A stretch of 64,000 nucleotides of DNA from positions 1 to 64,000 of IMG/VR virus record IMGVR_UViG_3300046804_001782, one strand, 5' to 3'. Below are positions 44,341 through 55,661 of this stretch, piece by piece (within the stretch, counting starts at the first letter, position 1; every line of letters starts with the position of its first letter). Made by a program: the position numbers and the translations under genes. The DNA is from a virus. The notes under the pieces are model-generated. The model ran no database searches. It saw only the letters and a program-made list of their open reading frames with translations, and was not told the origin of the DNA.

Positions 44341-45105
44341 CTACACGTAGTCGATGGTCACCACAAGCGTTGGCTTATATCCGGTGGTAGAACCGGTGAG
44401 TGGTCCGATGATTGTGCTCCACATGTAATCAAACGTGGTTCGGTCAGTTCCCACATTGGTTATTCTTGAAAGTAACGCTATTGAATAACCGCTGTCTCGT
44501 AACCCTTCTACCGTTTTGTCAGCCACCTGCATGTTCCATTTTTCACCTTTTGACAACGGGCTACTTTGGGTAAATGCCTTAGACTTTATATAGTCAGTTG
44601 TGTAGTCAAGTTTATTGTAGTTTGGACTAGCACTGCCAACCGCCCCTTTATACATTGCTGTATAAACTGTACCGTATGCGTCGTTATATCCAATATCTGT
44701 TGAAGAACGCTGCATATATAATGTTGCAGACTTAATTACTGTTCTTGGGTTACTACCAAGTACAGACTCAAGAGTATTGTTGCTACTATCTTTGAAAGAG
44801 CCAATAACACCGACAACATCCTTTTTAGATGTATTACTTAAATGATAGCCTGCTATGGCTGCTTTGTTTTCGTAATCGGAATCCCCTTGTGCGAGTGTCC
44901 AAGAGTTAGACCAAAGGCTCTGTACCTTAGTAGCATTAAAAGTAAGTGTTTGTGGATCTGAGTTATACCAAACATCAACCCACTGGTTGTTTTGGCGCAC
45001 TTTAACACTAGTCGCGGTTACCCATTGATTATTTTGTCGAACGCGAACACCATTGCCTAGTAATTGTCTGCGTACCCCAGAAGAATCCCAAACGTAAATA
45101 CTCAT
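44341..45105 (-). CDS. Putative tail fibre/receptor-binding protein
   Basis: Duplicated VRQNNQWV motif, IKSATL, KPTLVVT. Confidence 0.55.
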   Translation of the reverse strand: MSIYVWDSSGVRRQLLGNGVRVRQNNQWVTATSVKVRQNNQWVDVWYNSDPQTLTFNATKVQSLWSNSWTLAQGDSDYENKAAIAGYHLSNTSKKDVVGVIGSFKDSSNNTLESVLGSNPRTVIKSATLYMQRSSTDIGYNDAYGTVYTAMYKGAVGSASPNYNKLDYTTDYIKSKAFTQSSPLSKGEKWNMQVADKTVEGLRDSGYSIALLSRITNVGTDRTTFDYMWSTIIGPLTGSTTGYKPTLVVTIDYV

Positions 45106-45836
45106 ATCTGCAACCAAATATCTCCGTTGGTAGCACCACCCGGTTCAGTGCTTGAGATTGTTATGCGGTAACCAGATGCCCCTGATGCACCACCGTAAGC
45201 ACCTAAGTTTGCAAGAGCACCAGCAGCAGTTGATGCACCTGTTCCCCCACGGGCTACAGCAAGTTGATCTGTTGTTATTTTTGTAGCAGATAGGTTTGGT
45301 ATCAATGAAGTATCAAAAGCAGTAGGACCAGTAACAAGGTTTGTTGTAATGGTTGGTATTGCTCCTACGGGAATCTTTTGACCAGTAGGACTTACTATTT
45401 TATCTGCTTTAATATTAGGAAGTCGATCTTCAGAAAGAGTTCCAGTAGTTATCTTTTCTGCCGATACGTTTAAAACTTTTACATCAGTAACAGCAGACGT
45501 TCCTAACTTATCGTTGTTTACTGCACCGTTTACTATAGAAGCAGTAGCGACTGTATTAGTTGGTACGGTAGTACTAGCAATCCACGCACTACCGCTATAG
45601 TACAAAATATCGTTAGTTGCTAGGGTCTTATTAGTTGGTTGGGCAACAAAATTATCCTCTAATGCAGCAGCAACCGGTGCTTCAACCAATGCAGAGACAG
45701 ATGCGGCCAACTGCCCATAAGTAACATATTGTAGATCTGCTAACTCATCTACAACGCTGGACCAAATTAACAACCTGTCAGATGACACAGGTGTTGCTTT
45801 TTGAGTAAGATCCGCTATATTTAACTGACTAGGCAT
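45102..45836 (-). CDS. Tail fibre protein
   Basis: A.KITTG repeats, LAVARGGTGASTAAGALANLG, GDIWLQ. Confidence 0.7.
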   Translation of the reverse strand: MPSQLNIADLTQKATPVSSDRLLIWSSVVDELADLQYVTYGQLAASVSALVEAPVAAALEDNFVAQPTNKTLATNDILYYSGSAWIASTTVPTNTVATASIVNGAVNNDKLGTSAVTDVKVLNVSAEKITTGTLSEDRLPNIKADKIVSPTGQKIPVGAIPTITTNLVTGPTAFDTSLIPNLSATKITTDQLAVARGGTGASTAAGALANLGAYGGASGASGYRITISSTEPGGATNGDIWLQI

Positions 45837-45838
45837 AC

Positions 45839-47281
45839 TTAAACCTCACTAGGTGTAATCATTGCATCAATAGGAACACATACATAATCATCTATTCCGG
45901 TGCCTTCTGCATCGGCAGGACCCCTACCTACGCCATGTTTTGTTGCTGCTGTATTAGCAGTCGTTAGTGTGTATGTTTTGTATTGTGCAGATGGATAATT
46001 ATTAACACTTATTTCTAAATAATTATCATACACTAACAACTTTATAGAGGATATTGTTTCTGTATTAGTCTGATCAAAGTTGTCTGAAACTAGTAAATCT
46101 ATTGCTGAAACCTGACCATCAATACACTCTTCCGCAACAATTGAATACGTTGTGGTAGTTTCTACCACGTCCTCTGCCGTCTGTATAAATGTACTGGCAC
46201 CTGTAAGAGTATTGAGTGCGTAGTGGGTATGTGCTCCAACTGTTGATATGTGTCGGCAGTTATCCAATAACAAATCATGTGTATGTGTTATGTCTGTGTA
46301 TACACCCTCTGGTGGATAGTCTGGTGAAGCACCCCATATTGTTTTTGTTGGAAAATGGTATGTACTTCCGAGTAGGTATCTACGCAAATAGAGTGTTCGT
46401 TCTGCTTCTACAGATGTACCCATGTTTATTGCTGCTATTGCTAGACGATCAATGACTAGCCAAGACTGTAAATTCCAAGCAAAACCATCAACGATTATGT
46501 TTTCTTCTCTCTGCAACCTCTTTAATTGGGATTCTGTGTACGGACCAAAATAACCATCAACTACCATTTGATCATCATCATAGTGGTGTCGTAAAACACC
46601 TTGTAGGTATTTTACGTCGTCGCCGGTACTAGCAATAATGTTTCCTTCTAAGTCTTTATATCGTATTCCTCGTTTTACCATCATGTATGGATACTTGCCC
46701 CATTTTAAAGTTAGGGGGTCAAATTGTGATATTTGAGGATTGTTTGTTGTAATAAGCACTTCGTGATCATGGACACTGTTTTTACAAGTTGTTTGTGATG
46801 GATAATACTTATTAGTATCTTTGTATATAGATACGTAATTTGAAACAGAGGCAGAAGATTGCCATTCATATTCATAGTATCCAACAGGAGTAGTCGTCGT
46901 TTCAACTTCCGATGTTAAATACACGCGGCTCCAGTTGTTCTCATCTATTACACGAAAATATAAACCATCGCCCCCCACATCTGATATTGATGCAGACATT
47001 AAAACGTTGGTTGATCCGTTATTTATAACGGCAATACCCGATGCTGTTGGAGTATCAAGAATATTGGTAGAACCAGCAAGTAGTTTATTGTTGTATATAG
47101 AAAACGAACCTACTAAAACATCCCACGCTGCTCGTCCATCTGTTATGTAACTTGCTAAGGAGTATGCTTCTCCTACCTTTTCAATAGTTCCATTTGGGCG
47201 ATCAAAAGTATCCTCAACGGCTAAGTAACCTGTTGAGTTGGCAAGTAGTGGAAGATTGCTTAGGGAAAACCCTAGGCTCAT
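45839..47281 (-). CDS. Virion/tail protein with internal peptidoglycan-binding domain
   Basis: GDDVKYLQ..L...VDGYFGPYTE...LQ...IVDG. Confidence 0.6.
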   Translation of the reverse strand: MSLGFSLSNLPLLANSTGYLAVEDTFDRPNGTIEKVGEAYSLASYITDGRAAWDVLVGSFSIYNNKLLAGSTNILDTPTASGIAVINNGSTNVLMSASISDVGGDGLYFRVIDENNWSRVYLTSEVETTTTPVGYYEYEWQSSASVSNYVSIYKDTNKYYPSQTTCKNSVHDHEVLITTNNPQISQFDPLTLKWGKYPYMMVKRGIRYKDLEGNIIASTGDDVKYLQGVLRHHYDDDQMVVDGYFGPYTESQLKRLQREENIIVDGFAWNLQSWLVIDRLAIAAINMGTSVEAERTLYLRRYLLGSTYHFPTKTIWGASPDYPPEGVYTDITHTHDLLLDNCRHISTVGAHTHYALNTLTGASTFIQTAEDVVETTTTYSIVAEECIDGQVSAIDLLVSDNFDQTNTETISSIKLLVYDNYLEISVNNYPSAQYKTYTLTTANTAATKHGVGRGPADAEGTGIDDYVCVPIDAMITPSEV

Positions 47282-47931
47282 GTACTCACCGCCCATGCGG
47301 CAACACATTCAGCCGCAGTAGTTCCAAAACTTGTTACTGATAGTATTCCAGTTTTATTAGCAAGTATCGCAGTAGGTTTTATTCCTACAAAAACCCAATC
47401 ATTGGGAAAATACAAAAGCCTTGTGGACGTGGTTGTTATTTTTATAGTTAAAGTCCTACCCGGACCATACGTTAATGTGTCCACATTGTAAGTAGTTGAC
47501 CCTGTCAAATCATGAGTCAACAAACCTGCACCAGTAAAATCAAGTGTTACATTTGTTCCCGACAATGAAGAAACTTGAAGACTTTTAACCTTTTCTGGAG
47601 TTACCGCGTAGTTGGTTATGCCATCAGTAGAAACTGTTCCCCAGTTAACTCCTGCTGTTTGTGTGTTGTCTGCTATTAATACCCTGTTGTTTGCGCCAAC
47701 AGGAACAGTGGTTAGGCTTCCTGCTGAAGCACCTACTAGTAGATCACCCTTATATGACACTATAGATGTGTCAATAAATGAACCATTTGCCGTTACATAT
47801 CCGACGATATCAGTAAGCCTCAGGTACTGTAGATCGCTCTGTTCGTCAACAACATCTGGCCATACAGCCAGCCGGTCACTACCAGCAAGAGGTGTCTTCT
47901 GTGTTGTATTGACTAGGTTTATCTCAGTCAT
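47278..47931 (-). CDS. Tail fibre-associated protein
   Basis: KGDLLVG...VGANNRVLIAD; N-terminus similar to 45102..45836. Confidence 0.6.
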   Translation of the reverse strand: MTEINLVNTTQKTPLAGSDRLAVWPDVVDEQSDLQYLRLTDIVGYVTANGSFIDTSIVSYKGDLLVGASAGSLTTVPVGANNRVLIADNTQTAGVNWGTVSTDGITNYAVTPEKVKSLQVSSLSGTNVTLDFTGAGLLTHDLTGSTTYNVDTLTYGPGRTLTIKITTTSTRLLYFPNDWVFVGIKPTAILANKTGILSVTSFGTTAAECVAAWAVST

Positions 47932-47944
47932 TATTTACTCCATC

Positions 47945-49672
47945 CTAAAGAACGTTTGGCCAACCAAGTTCAGTAAAGGCAACGTCACCGACAGGGTCTA
48001 TTCCTATGTTACTTGATAGTACTGATAGTGATAACATCGTTCCAAAATTAGGCAAAACGTTTGGGGTGGCGGGATCATAAGTGTATTCTGGTAACTCATC
48101 AAAAACTATGGTGTATTGATCCATCCAGTTTACAGGAAGAAGTTTCTTATAAATATTGTTAATAGTTTTTCTAGTTCTCCAAGCATCGGCTGAGTATATT
48201 GAATACGTTTCAAAATACTCCCACGTTGGTACTCCGTCAGTACCCAATGTCGGATTGTTGTGCCAGCGATAATCAGATCTAGAAACATCTCCCAGTAACC
48301 AACCACCTATATTTGTATTACCGTCAAAGTATTTACCCATATAGTTATCTTCTAGCAGAAGATTTCTCACAAGAACGTAGCCACCGGGTGGTATTTTTAT
48401 CTGTATAAAAAGGTATGCAGAAGTGTCTTCACCAATATCGGACATGTCTAGTTTGTAGTATGTCCTTCCACCACTTGTTTTTATAACCTTGTTAGTACCT
48501 ATTCCAGCAGATGCTGCTAGAGTTGCATCAGGTTTATACATGTAAACATTTGTGATTTGATCATTTGCCGGACTTTCTGCACTGAAGTAGAAGGTATTGT
48601 CGGCAGATATTGGTACTAGAAATCTACTAAAAATATATACGTTTGCTTCTACATCGCCACCGTTAACAATAGATCTCACCGGGTTAAAAGCAACACTGGC
48701 GTTGTTTGTAAAGGTTACGCTTGAATCATAAAATGTAATAAGATCTTGAGAAAACCGTACGTTAATGTTGTCGGTTACAGCACCATACCAACCATCTTGT
48801 AATCCTCTAATTATTTTAGGATCCCTCGCCCAATTAGTACGTTGTGGGTGTACATTGATTTTCTTAGCAACTTTGTCTATCGTCACACGACATCCAGAAA
48901 TAGCCTGAAGAACTGCAATGGTTCCGTCCTCTGTTCCCTTTTGTAGGCGAAGACTAATAACGTCTTGAAGATACTGACGCGCTCTAGATGCACCTAATTC
49001 AACAGTTGTTATTACTGTTCCTAGTTCTTCCATTAAGTATTGGAGAGTTTCTGAGTTAGAGATCTGCGGATCTTTCTGCACCATCACGTAATCAAGTAGT
49101 GACCGTATGTAGTCAATGTCCCAACCAAATATACTCAGATAATTATATAGTTCTTGATTGTCATCGTTTTCTCTAAAGTAGACCGGGATGCGCGACCATA
49201 AATCATCTACCGATCCGTAGTTATTTGGTAGCAACACACTTACTGAGGCAACTTTTTCAAAGTATTGTTCCTGATCAAAATACAGTGAAGGAACTGTACT
49301 TGCAAAGCGTAAGAACAATGAATAGTAAACCCATCTACCACTTAACTCTTCTGCGTTATTAGGTGTGTGCTCAACTGTTCCAACATTGCTAGCATTTTGT
49401 ATTACTGTATAACCATCTTCTATAGTTTGAGGTTCCCCAGTAGATGACCACACTACAAGAATTTCTACTGGAAGAATATCTTCCTGTAATGTAAAGAGTG
49501 GGGCACTCCAAGATATTTCAGTAGTTCCATAATCTACTGTCTTTACATCAAGATAAAACTCTGTATCTACAAAAGGGCTTAGACTAGCAGACGCAAATAG
49601 AGAGTCATTGTACTCAACGTACTCCCCTAAATCTGTTCCTAAGTTTCTTAACGTGAATATTTGTCGTGCCAT
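47945..49672 (-). CDS. Baseplate wedge / tail protein (P2 gpI-like)
   Basis: LWSRIP.YFR, YL.IFG, LRLQKGTE; follows baseplate J. Confidence 0.6.
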   Translation of the reverse strand: MARQIFTLRNLGTDLGEYVEYNDSLFASASLSPFVDTEFYLDVKTVDYGTTEISWSAPLFTLQEDILPVEILVVWSSTGEPQTIEDGYTVIQNASNVGTVEHTPNNAEELSGRWVYYSLFLRFASTVPSLYFDQEQYFEKVASVSVLLPNNYGSVDDLWSRIPVYFRENDDNQELYNYLSIFGWDIDYIRSLLDYVMVQKDPQISNSETLQYLMEELGTVITTVELGASRARQYLQDVISLRLQKGTEDGTIAVLQAISGCRVTIDKVAKKINVHPQRTNWARDPKIIRGLQDGWYGAVTDNINVRFSQDLITFYDSSVTFTNNASVAFNPVRSIVNGGDVEANVYIFSRFLVPISADNTFYFSAESPANDQITNVYMYKPDATLAASAGIGTNKVIKTSGGRTYYKLDMSDIGEDTSAYLFIQIKIPPGGYVLVRNLLLEDNYMGKYFDGNTNIGGWLLGDVSRSDYRWHNNPTLGTDGVPTWEYFETYSIYSADAWRTRKTINNIYKKLLPVNWMDQYTIVFDELPEYTYDPATPNVLPNFGTMLSLSVLSSNIGIDPVGDVAFTELGWPNVL

Positions 49673-51141
49673 TACACATCGCCGGTAGTTATACCACCAT
49701 ACGCGTTTAGCGTTATGGTTCCCTTTCTGAGTAACTGCACGGAGGATGCAGAAATGCTTTGAGATACACCAGATAATGTGCTACTAAATACGCCGCCTTC
49801 AGCACCATCTATCTCAGCGTAATCGACACCCTCAACACTTATTATTGTTTTATATATCTCACTTAATGAAAGCCTTTGGCCTAGTGAGACACTATCAAAC
49901 GAAAACAGGGCAGACAAAGCATTATATACATCTGATATAACCCATCCAGTAATGTACCTATCATTGACATGTACATCAGCAGTTATGTTTACCGGTATTA
50001 GATCTATTTTATTTGCCACATAGACATTTACGCCTAACAAAGCCTTAGGCTGAATTGTATCAACAAGAACATTTTGCATTGAAACAGGAACTGGTATTGA
50101 TGCAGCAGTAGTTGTTGAATAATCAGATTGCATCGGGACGGGATAAATAGTTACAGAACCTGATGCATAGGCAGCCGACGGTGATGAGTATGTAGCGGAT
50201 GCTTTATAAACACCCGGAGTACTTAGTGCTAGATCTATGAAATCATCTAGTGTTACTGCCCTATCCTGTGGGCGTGTTTTAAGGGGTATAGAAACACGTA
50301 AAGAATCAATACTTTCTTCATCAGAACCACCAACAAAAGCATATGAACTGGCTATGCGTAAAGAGGAAGAAGTGCTTCGTTTAAAAGAAGTAACTGAGTT
50401 TATTCCATAGTTGCCCAGTGCCCCTGATGACGTTGCATATGAAACAAAAAACGTTGAGTTTGCTGGAGGTATAAAACCATTAATACTATTACCTAGTATT
50501 ACTTGCGTGTATTTTTCAGCATCTGTATACGTGCTGAATACTCGTTCACCAAACCGTCCCTCAGACAAACTGTTCACATATCGGTATTCTGTGTCATTTT
50601 CTCCGTCTTCGCGAACGAATAAACGAATACTGTTACTCACTACATTATCAACCGGTAATGAAATGCGCTGAGAAGGATTACCTGTAGACGTTCCTATACT
50701 TTCTTTTGTTATGTATGACCCTTCATAAACAGTAACTGAAACTATGTTGTTGGGGCTAATTACTACTTCTTCTGTTGTATAGCAGGTTACAGCGGGACCC
50801 AATAAAATAGTTCCTGAAGGAATAGTAAACTCTGTACTGTCACTTGTGTTTTCAATGAATACTGTTGCGTACGCAGCGGTTCTACTACTTGGTGTGTAAT
50901 CAAGCAGGTTTGCGATTGCCAAAACACTTTCACGCTGTGTAGCGGTATTTAAAAAGGATTCACCAGCCGCACGGTCTATATAGTAATGGAGAACGTCTCC
51001 CATATATGACCATAGATCAACAAAAAGCATTCCAAAATCGGACGTGTCACGATCTGTCCATTCAGGCAATACTGAAGAAGCCCTGTCTAGAAGGGCATTT
51101 TTTATTGTGTTGTAATCTCTGCGGGTGTAATCAATAGCCAT
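49672..51141 (-). CDS. Baseplate wedge protein (J/gp6-like)
   Basis: IDYTRRDY, WTD..SDFG, ESFL.TA.QRES, RAVTLDDF. Confidence 0.85.
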   Translation of the reverse strand: MAIDYTRRDYNTIKNALLDRASSVLPEWTDRDTSDFGMLFVDLWSYMGDVLHYYIDRAAGESFLNTATQRESVLAIANLLDYTPSSRTAAYATVFIENTSDSTEFTIPSGTILLGPAVTCYTTEEVVISPNNIVSVTVYEGSYITKESIGTSTGNPSQRISLPVDNVVSNSIRLFVREDGENDTEYRYVNSLSEGRFGERVFSTYTDAEKYTQVILGNSINGFIPPANSTFFVSYATSSGALGNYGINSVTSFKRSTSSSLRIASSYAFVGGSDEESIDSLRVSIPLKTRPQDRAVTLDDFIDLALSTPGVYKASATYSSPSAAYASGSVTIYPVPMQSDYSTTTAASIPVPVSMQNVLVDTIQPKALLGVNVYVANKIDLIPVNITADVHVNDRYITGWVISDVYNALSALFSFDSVSLGQRLSLSEIYKTIISVEGVDYAEIDGAEGGVFSSTLSGVSQSISASSVQLLRKGTITLNAYGGITTGDV

Positions 51142-51149
51142 GCTATTCC

Positions 51150-51542
51150 TTAAAATAGTGTTTCTTCAGTTATTGCTGACGGGACTACCACTTTAAATGT
51201 TAATAGTTGAGGGTTGCTTAAAGGTAGTTGGTAAATAACGCCTATGTTAGCAACGTTTTCCTGATACCTATCAGGTACAATCTTAATATTTAATATATTT
51301 ACTAAACTAACACGATTTGTTATCTCTCTTGATGCATCCGATGTGTAATCGGATAGCACTAAAGGATCATTGGCCTCAAAAACCATGCGATAAATACCAG
51401 CACCAAAGTTCGGTATTCCAGTCCTTTCTCCGGGTGTAGTTACTAACGTTGTAACTATCTTTTGTTCTGATGCAGCAGATGACGTAGTAACAACATCCAC
51501 ACGCCCGTTGGATATGGAAAATGGTATTTTAATAGATTTCAT
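51150..51542 (-). CDS. Baseplate gp25/GPW-like sheath initiator
   Basis: IPF, LVTTPGER...FGAG. Confidence 0.8.
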   Translation of the reverse strand: MKSIKIPFSISNGRVDVVTTSSAASEQKIVTTLVTTPGERTGIPNFGAGIYRMVFEANDPLVLSDYTSDASREITNRVSLVNILNIKIVPDRYQENVANIGVIYQLPLSNPQLLTFKVVVPSAITEETLF

Positions 51543-51561
51543 GAGACTATTTTATCACTGT

Positions 51562-52518
51562 CTACGTTGTTTCATACATAATATTTATCCAACAAACATC
51601 ATTAGCAGCCATTGTAAAAGCAACGCTAGCAGATGCTGTATCAGACTGTCCTACTGACGCATCAAACTGACCAAGTGGGTTTAATTGTCTGAGTTCTAGG
51701 TTTGTTGATGATGTTACCCTAACGGTACCTCCGGTATAACCGACACCTTGGTTTAAGAATAAGCATTCTCCAATAACCGCACTAGCCCCTAAGTCTAGTA
51801 CTTTAAAAGCAGGTAAATCATTAGGATTTATAGCAATTGCTCCAGATGCAGACGATGTTTTATTTGCAACAACACGACATTGTGCAATAACCAGTTTTCC
51901 AATTTGTGTGTATCTTGCAAAGGATATGGTTTGATCGCCAGCCCCGGTGCCTAGTTCTACACCACCCTGTTTTAGTTTTGGTGTCCATGTAGACCATGCA
52001 CCCGGTGCAGGTCCTGTAGCCCCAGTAGCCCCAGTAGCACCTGTGGGACCTGTTACTGTGCTTGCAGCACCAGTTGGTCCAGTTGGTCCAGTTGAACCAC
52101 TAGCACCAGTAGGTCCTGTTACTGTGCTTGCAGCACCAGTTGGTCCAGTTGATCCAGTTGAACCACTAGCACCAGTAGGTCCTGTTACTGTGCTTGCAGC
52201 ACCAGTAGCACCGATAGGGCCAGTAGGGCCAGTAGGGCCAGTAGAGCCACCACTGTTTGGTTGAAAATCATTAATGATATATACAATTCTCGCCCTAGGA
52301 CCATCAAGTCCCACCAGTACCTGAGTGTCCTCAGTAGGAACACTCCACACACCATCAACAAGTGCTAGATAATCTTTGGATACCGGTAGATGTTCATCAG
52401 GTCCAAGAAGTTCTGGGATCTTTACAAGGACTTCACCAGTCGTTGAATCAGAACGAACGACAAGTGCTCTGTGAACATATATACCTGTCTTATGGATGTG
52501 TTCATTATTGGTATGCAT
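51562..52518 (-). CDS. Spike-position protein: Gp5/VgrG OB-like N-terminus, collagen repeat, C-terminal globular domain
   Basis: VHRALVV, VLVKIP, VP...QVLV; long GPT/GAT run. Confidence 0.6.
   Translation of the reverse strand: MHTNNEHIHKTGIYVHRALVVRSDSTTGEVLVKIPELLGPDEHLPVSKDYLALVDGVWSVPTEDTQVLVGLDGPRARIVYIINDFQPNSGGSTGPTGPTGPIGATGAASTVTGPTGASGSTGSTGPTGAASTVTGPTGASGSTGPTGPTGAASTVTGPTGATGATGATGPAPGAWSTWTPKLKQGGVELGTGAGDQTISFARYTQIGKLVIAQCRVVANKTSSASGAIAINPNDLPAFKVLDLGASAVIGECLFLNQGVGYTGGTVRVTSSTNLELRQLNPLGQFDASVGQSDTASASVAFTMAANDVCWINIMYETT
52007..52250 (-). repeat. Collagen-like G-X-Y tandem repeat (54-bp and 9-bp units)
   Basis: [12 protein letters not shown] x3; GGGCCAGTA x3. Confidence 0.85.
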
Positions 52519-53674
52519 TTATTTTCCTAAATTCTGCTACCCAATTCTTTCCGTCAAACTTAGGTTTGGGCGGGTCTGAAAAACGCTCTGTATTATACAC
52601 AGTGTATTTTTCTTCATTTGTTGAATCAGAAACAACTTCTAATTTTGTAGTTAAACCCATGCCACCAAGAGTCATGGTGACTCCTTTTACATACCAAAGG
52701 TTGTCTACAAGCGTGTCAAATCCTACTAAATTAATAATACCGCCCGGATAAATACCTATAACTCCAAGTGTTTCTATAGTGGCATAAAAAGGTATAGAGT
52801 CTCTCATGCTCGTTTTTATTGCCAACTCAGCCTCTTCGGCAGATTTTGCTGGAGCATCTAAACGAGAACGGTACTCAGTAGTGAACTTTTTACCAAGACC
52901 AGAGTTTTCTTCACCGTCTGAAAACTGGGTGCTAGATACGGACGTTATATTTCCTTGAGAATCTAATACCGCTGTGTACGTCTCTGATGCCGGTTGAGAA
53001 AGGAATGTACCATTGAAACTCAGCACAACACCGGGTGTTGGTTGTGGGTCATAGTTTGTTTCTTTTACAGAAAACAACTCATGGTAGGATCTTTGTCTTC
53101 CCGTCGCCCTATACGGATCCCAAATATGCATATGGGTTCCATGTACAGTAAGTCCGTATGCGTACAAATCACAAATTTCATTAAGGAATACCCAATCAGA
53201 TTTGTTTATCTGAGCGGTGTCAGAATGAAGTAGTGTTGTTTTGGGAACGTCTAAACTAAACTTATATGTACTTGCCAACTCTGTTGCAATATCTGTAAGT
53301 GTCTTTTCTCCCCAAACCTTACTCTTGGATCCCCGCATTTTGTAGGAAGATCCCATACAGTAAATGTCGGCCTCTTGAAATGGGCTGTTATTTACAGCAC
53401 CTTTTCTCAAATCATTAGTAGGTACTATTTGGGCAATCTCGCCCACGAATTCTTGTCTCTCTGTGTTACCTCTGGAAAGAACTATTTGTACGGGAGCACC
53501 TATGTATTCTATTATTGCTTTTTGAGGAATACCGTACATCTTTAAAACGACCATGTCGTGTTCTCCCTCATTCAGGGACAACTCCACGGTTTTAATAGAC
53601 TCATAGAGAACTGGAACGCCACCTATAGATATTTCTATGCTTGGTGTTATGCCAAACGGGTGTTGAAAAATCAT
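52505..53674 (-). CDS. Baseplate hub (gpD/gp27/VgrG-like)
   Basis: [19 protein letters not shown]; position. Confidence 0.75.
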   Translation of the reverse strand: MIFQHPFGITPSIEISIGGVPVLYESIKTVELSLNEGEHDMVVLKMYGIPQKAIIEYIGAPVQIVLSRGNTERQEFVGEIAQIVPTNDLRKGAVNNSPFQEADIYCMGSSYKMRGSKSKVWGEKTLTDIATELASTYKFSLDVPKTTLLHSDTAQINKSDWVFLNEICDLYAYGLTVHGTHMHIWDPYRATGRQRSYHELFSVKETNYDPQPTPGVVLSFNGTFLSQPASETYTAVLDSQGNITSVSSTQFSDGEENSGLGKKFTTEYRSRLDAPAKSAEEAELAIKTSMRDSIPFYATIETLGVIGIYPGGIINLVGFDTLVDNLWYVKGVTMTLGGMGLTTKLEVVSDSTNEEKYTVYNTERFSDPPKPKFDGKNWVAEFRKINAYQ

Positions 53675-53919
53675 CGTGGAATCCTAATAATTTGTCCTAC
53701 CTCAAGTTTATTAGGAAACTTTACATGTGGATTAAGGTCTGCTATCTCCCAGTATCTAGAAAAGTCTCTTAATAAACGATGTGCTAAAAGATCAAAAGAG
53801 TCGCCCTGCTTTGCAACATACGTTGTATACACTACATTTTTATCAGTCTTTTTTCTGTAAGCCTCTTGTTTATTACCCGATAAAGAATAGCGGGCATTAG
53901 ATCCATATTTAATAATCAC
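53671..53919 (-). CDS. LysM/tail X-like protein
   Basis: YVAKQGDSFDLLA...YWEIADLNP...IRIP. Confidence 0.8.
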   Translation of the reverse strand: MIIKYGSNARYSLSGNKQEAYRKKTDKNVVYTTYVAKQGDSFDLLAHRLLRDFSRYWEIADLNPHVKFPNKLEVGQIIRIPR

Positions 53920-55661
53920 ACCAAATCCCCCGCTACCCAGTCTAGGCTTACCTCTTTCATTTTTTCTTTCTTGTAGAGTTCACCATACCCCGGTCCTGTT
54001 AATACCCAGTTGGGGCCAACCTCATGATTATATCCATTTGTTTGAAAATCCATAATACTTCTCTGCCCACGAGATGTAGAATCAATACGCAATGAATATA
54101 TAACAGCAAAAAACCGATTCGGGTCAGTCCTTGACGCAAGCGTTTTTAAAGTACCTACGGTATTGGTAGTATTAAAGAATGAACGATCTGCTGTAAAATC
54201 AAATCCCTTTTTAAACTGTTTCCAATCTTCAAAAGTATTTATAGTCTTAGATACTGTATACATTGATATTTTCTTAGTTCTAAGATTTGTAACGCGAGAA
54301 TCACTATCGCTAACACCCCCTAGGACATTGCTAAATGGTGATCTTTTTGAAGCAGAAACCAAATAGTCTGCATCTTCTGAAGTCATAGGTCCATACGTGG
54401 TCACATATGCCGTAAGCGACATATTGGTACCATCGCTAAAGGCACTCTCCATTTCTGAATCTTTTATTGTAGTACTTACTTTTATATTGATAAATGGTTC
54501 TATTTTTATAGCATCTCCGGGGTTAGTTAAACCAGACAATGACGACATTGTGGAGTTGTTATAATAAGGAATTAATATAGTTGCTGATGTTCTATCATCA
54601 AAAGTGCTTGTTTCTACTGATGTTTTATCAGTATCATACACTACTCTTATTTTATGGTATACAGTGGTCTTCTTAAAACCAGAAACCACAGATGTAAGCG
54701 TGTTACGTGATTTTTCTATATTGTCGCTAATTTGTTGTGTAGATACGGCTGCTGCCTCCTCCAAGTTATATGTAAGGAACGTTTTCTCCTTAGCAAAACC
54801 AACGTACATAGCCTGCATAGATAAAGTAACAATACATTGCATAGGTACTAGGCTTCTACTGAATTTGGTATAAACAACGTCTGTTTGTGTTACATAACCA
54901 TCAACCATAAAAAGACTAGAAAACATTACACGCACAGGAGTAGGTATTAGGAACGCAGTGTTTCCAATATTTCCACCTTCACCACTAAAGTAGTTTGTAT
55001 CTTCTATAAAGGTTGATGACTGTGCGGTTTCAGCCTGACTTTCAGTAAGTGTTCCCACTGAGCCCATTTCTATTTGTGCGTTCATCTGTTGTCTGGCATT
55101 TTCTAATTGCCATTTCATGGTTTTTTCGGTAATTCCTTGACCAATTACTTGATACAAAGCACGTATATCAGCCAATACACCAATATCTTGTTCATCGGGT
55201 GATCCCTGTGTACCACCACCTTCTCCACTTGAATTGTTTAAGGTATGTGATCTATCAAAAAGTAATTCAAAGGCAAAAGTTACTTCTCCCCCGATTGGCT
55301 GAGACATCTGAGCCGGGTCCTGTAAGAACACGTTTGTTAGGTTTGTTCTCATGGGAACACTATGTTGTATTGTGCTTGGATTAAATTGAAAATTACAACG
55401 CAATTGTGGAGCAGAACCTATTGCTGTATCTGATATTTGTACTTTGTCTAGAAGACTTCTTATGTATCCTTTTTTTAAAGTAAAGGGTGTGTTTTCCCAC
55501 TTTGTAACTAGTTGACCATTGTCATCTCTAGTATTTTTAACAAACGTGCGTATTGTGCTTCTTGGTCCAACAAAAGGTGGGTTAATAGCGTCCCCAGTGT
55601 ACGCTCCTAAGGATGGTTCAAATCCACTAGTACTTATAAATTGATCACTTTTGTAACCCAT
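53916..55661 (-). CDS. Tail tube initiator (CIS tube-like) protein
   Basis: FQFNPSTI, FELLFDRS, FSRSLVPMQC. Confidence 0.6.
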   Translation of the reverse strand: MGYKSDQFISTSGFEPSLGAYTGDAINPPFVGPRSTIRTFVKNTRDDNGQLVTKWENTPFTLKKGYIRSLLDKVQISDTAIGSAPQLRCNFQFNPSTIQHSVPMRTNLTNVFLQDPAQMSQPIGGEVTFAFELLFDRSHTLNNSSGEGGGTQGSPDEQDIGVLADIRALYQVIGQGITEKTMKWQLENARQQMNAQIEMGSVGTLTESQAETAQSSTFIEDTNYFSGEGGNIGNTAFLIPTPVRVMFSSLFMVDGYVTQTDVVYTKFSRSLVPMQCIVTLSMQAMYVGFAKEKTFLTYNLEEAAAVSTQQISDNIEKSRNTLTSVVSGFKKTTVYHKIRVVYDTDKTSVETSTFDDRTSATILIPYYNNSTMSSLSGLTNPGDAIKIEPFINIKVSTTIKDSEMESAFSDGTNMSLTAYVTTYGPMTSEDADYLVSASKRSPFSNVLGGVSDSDSRVTNLRTKKISMYTVSKTINTFEDWKQFKKGFDFTADRSFFNTTNTVGTLKTLASRTDPNRFFAVIYSLRIDSTSRGQRSIMDFQTNGYNHEVGPNWVLTGPGYGELYKKEKMKEVSLDWVAGDLV

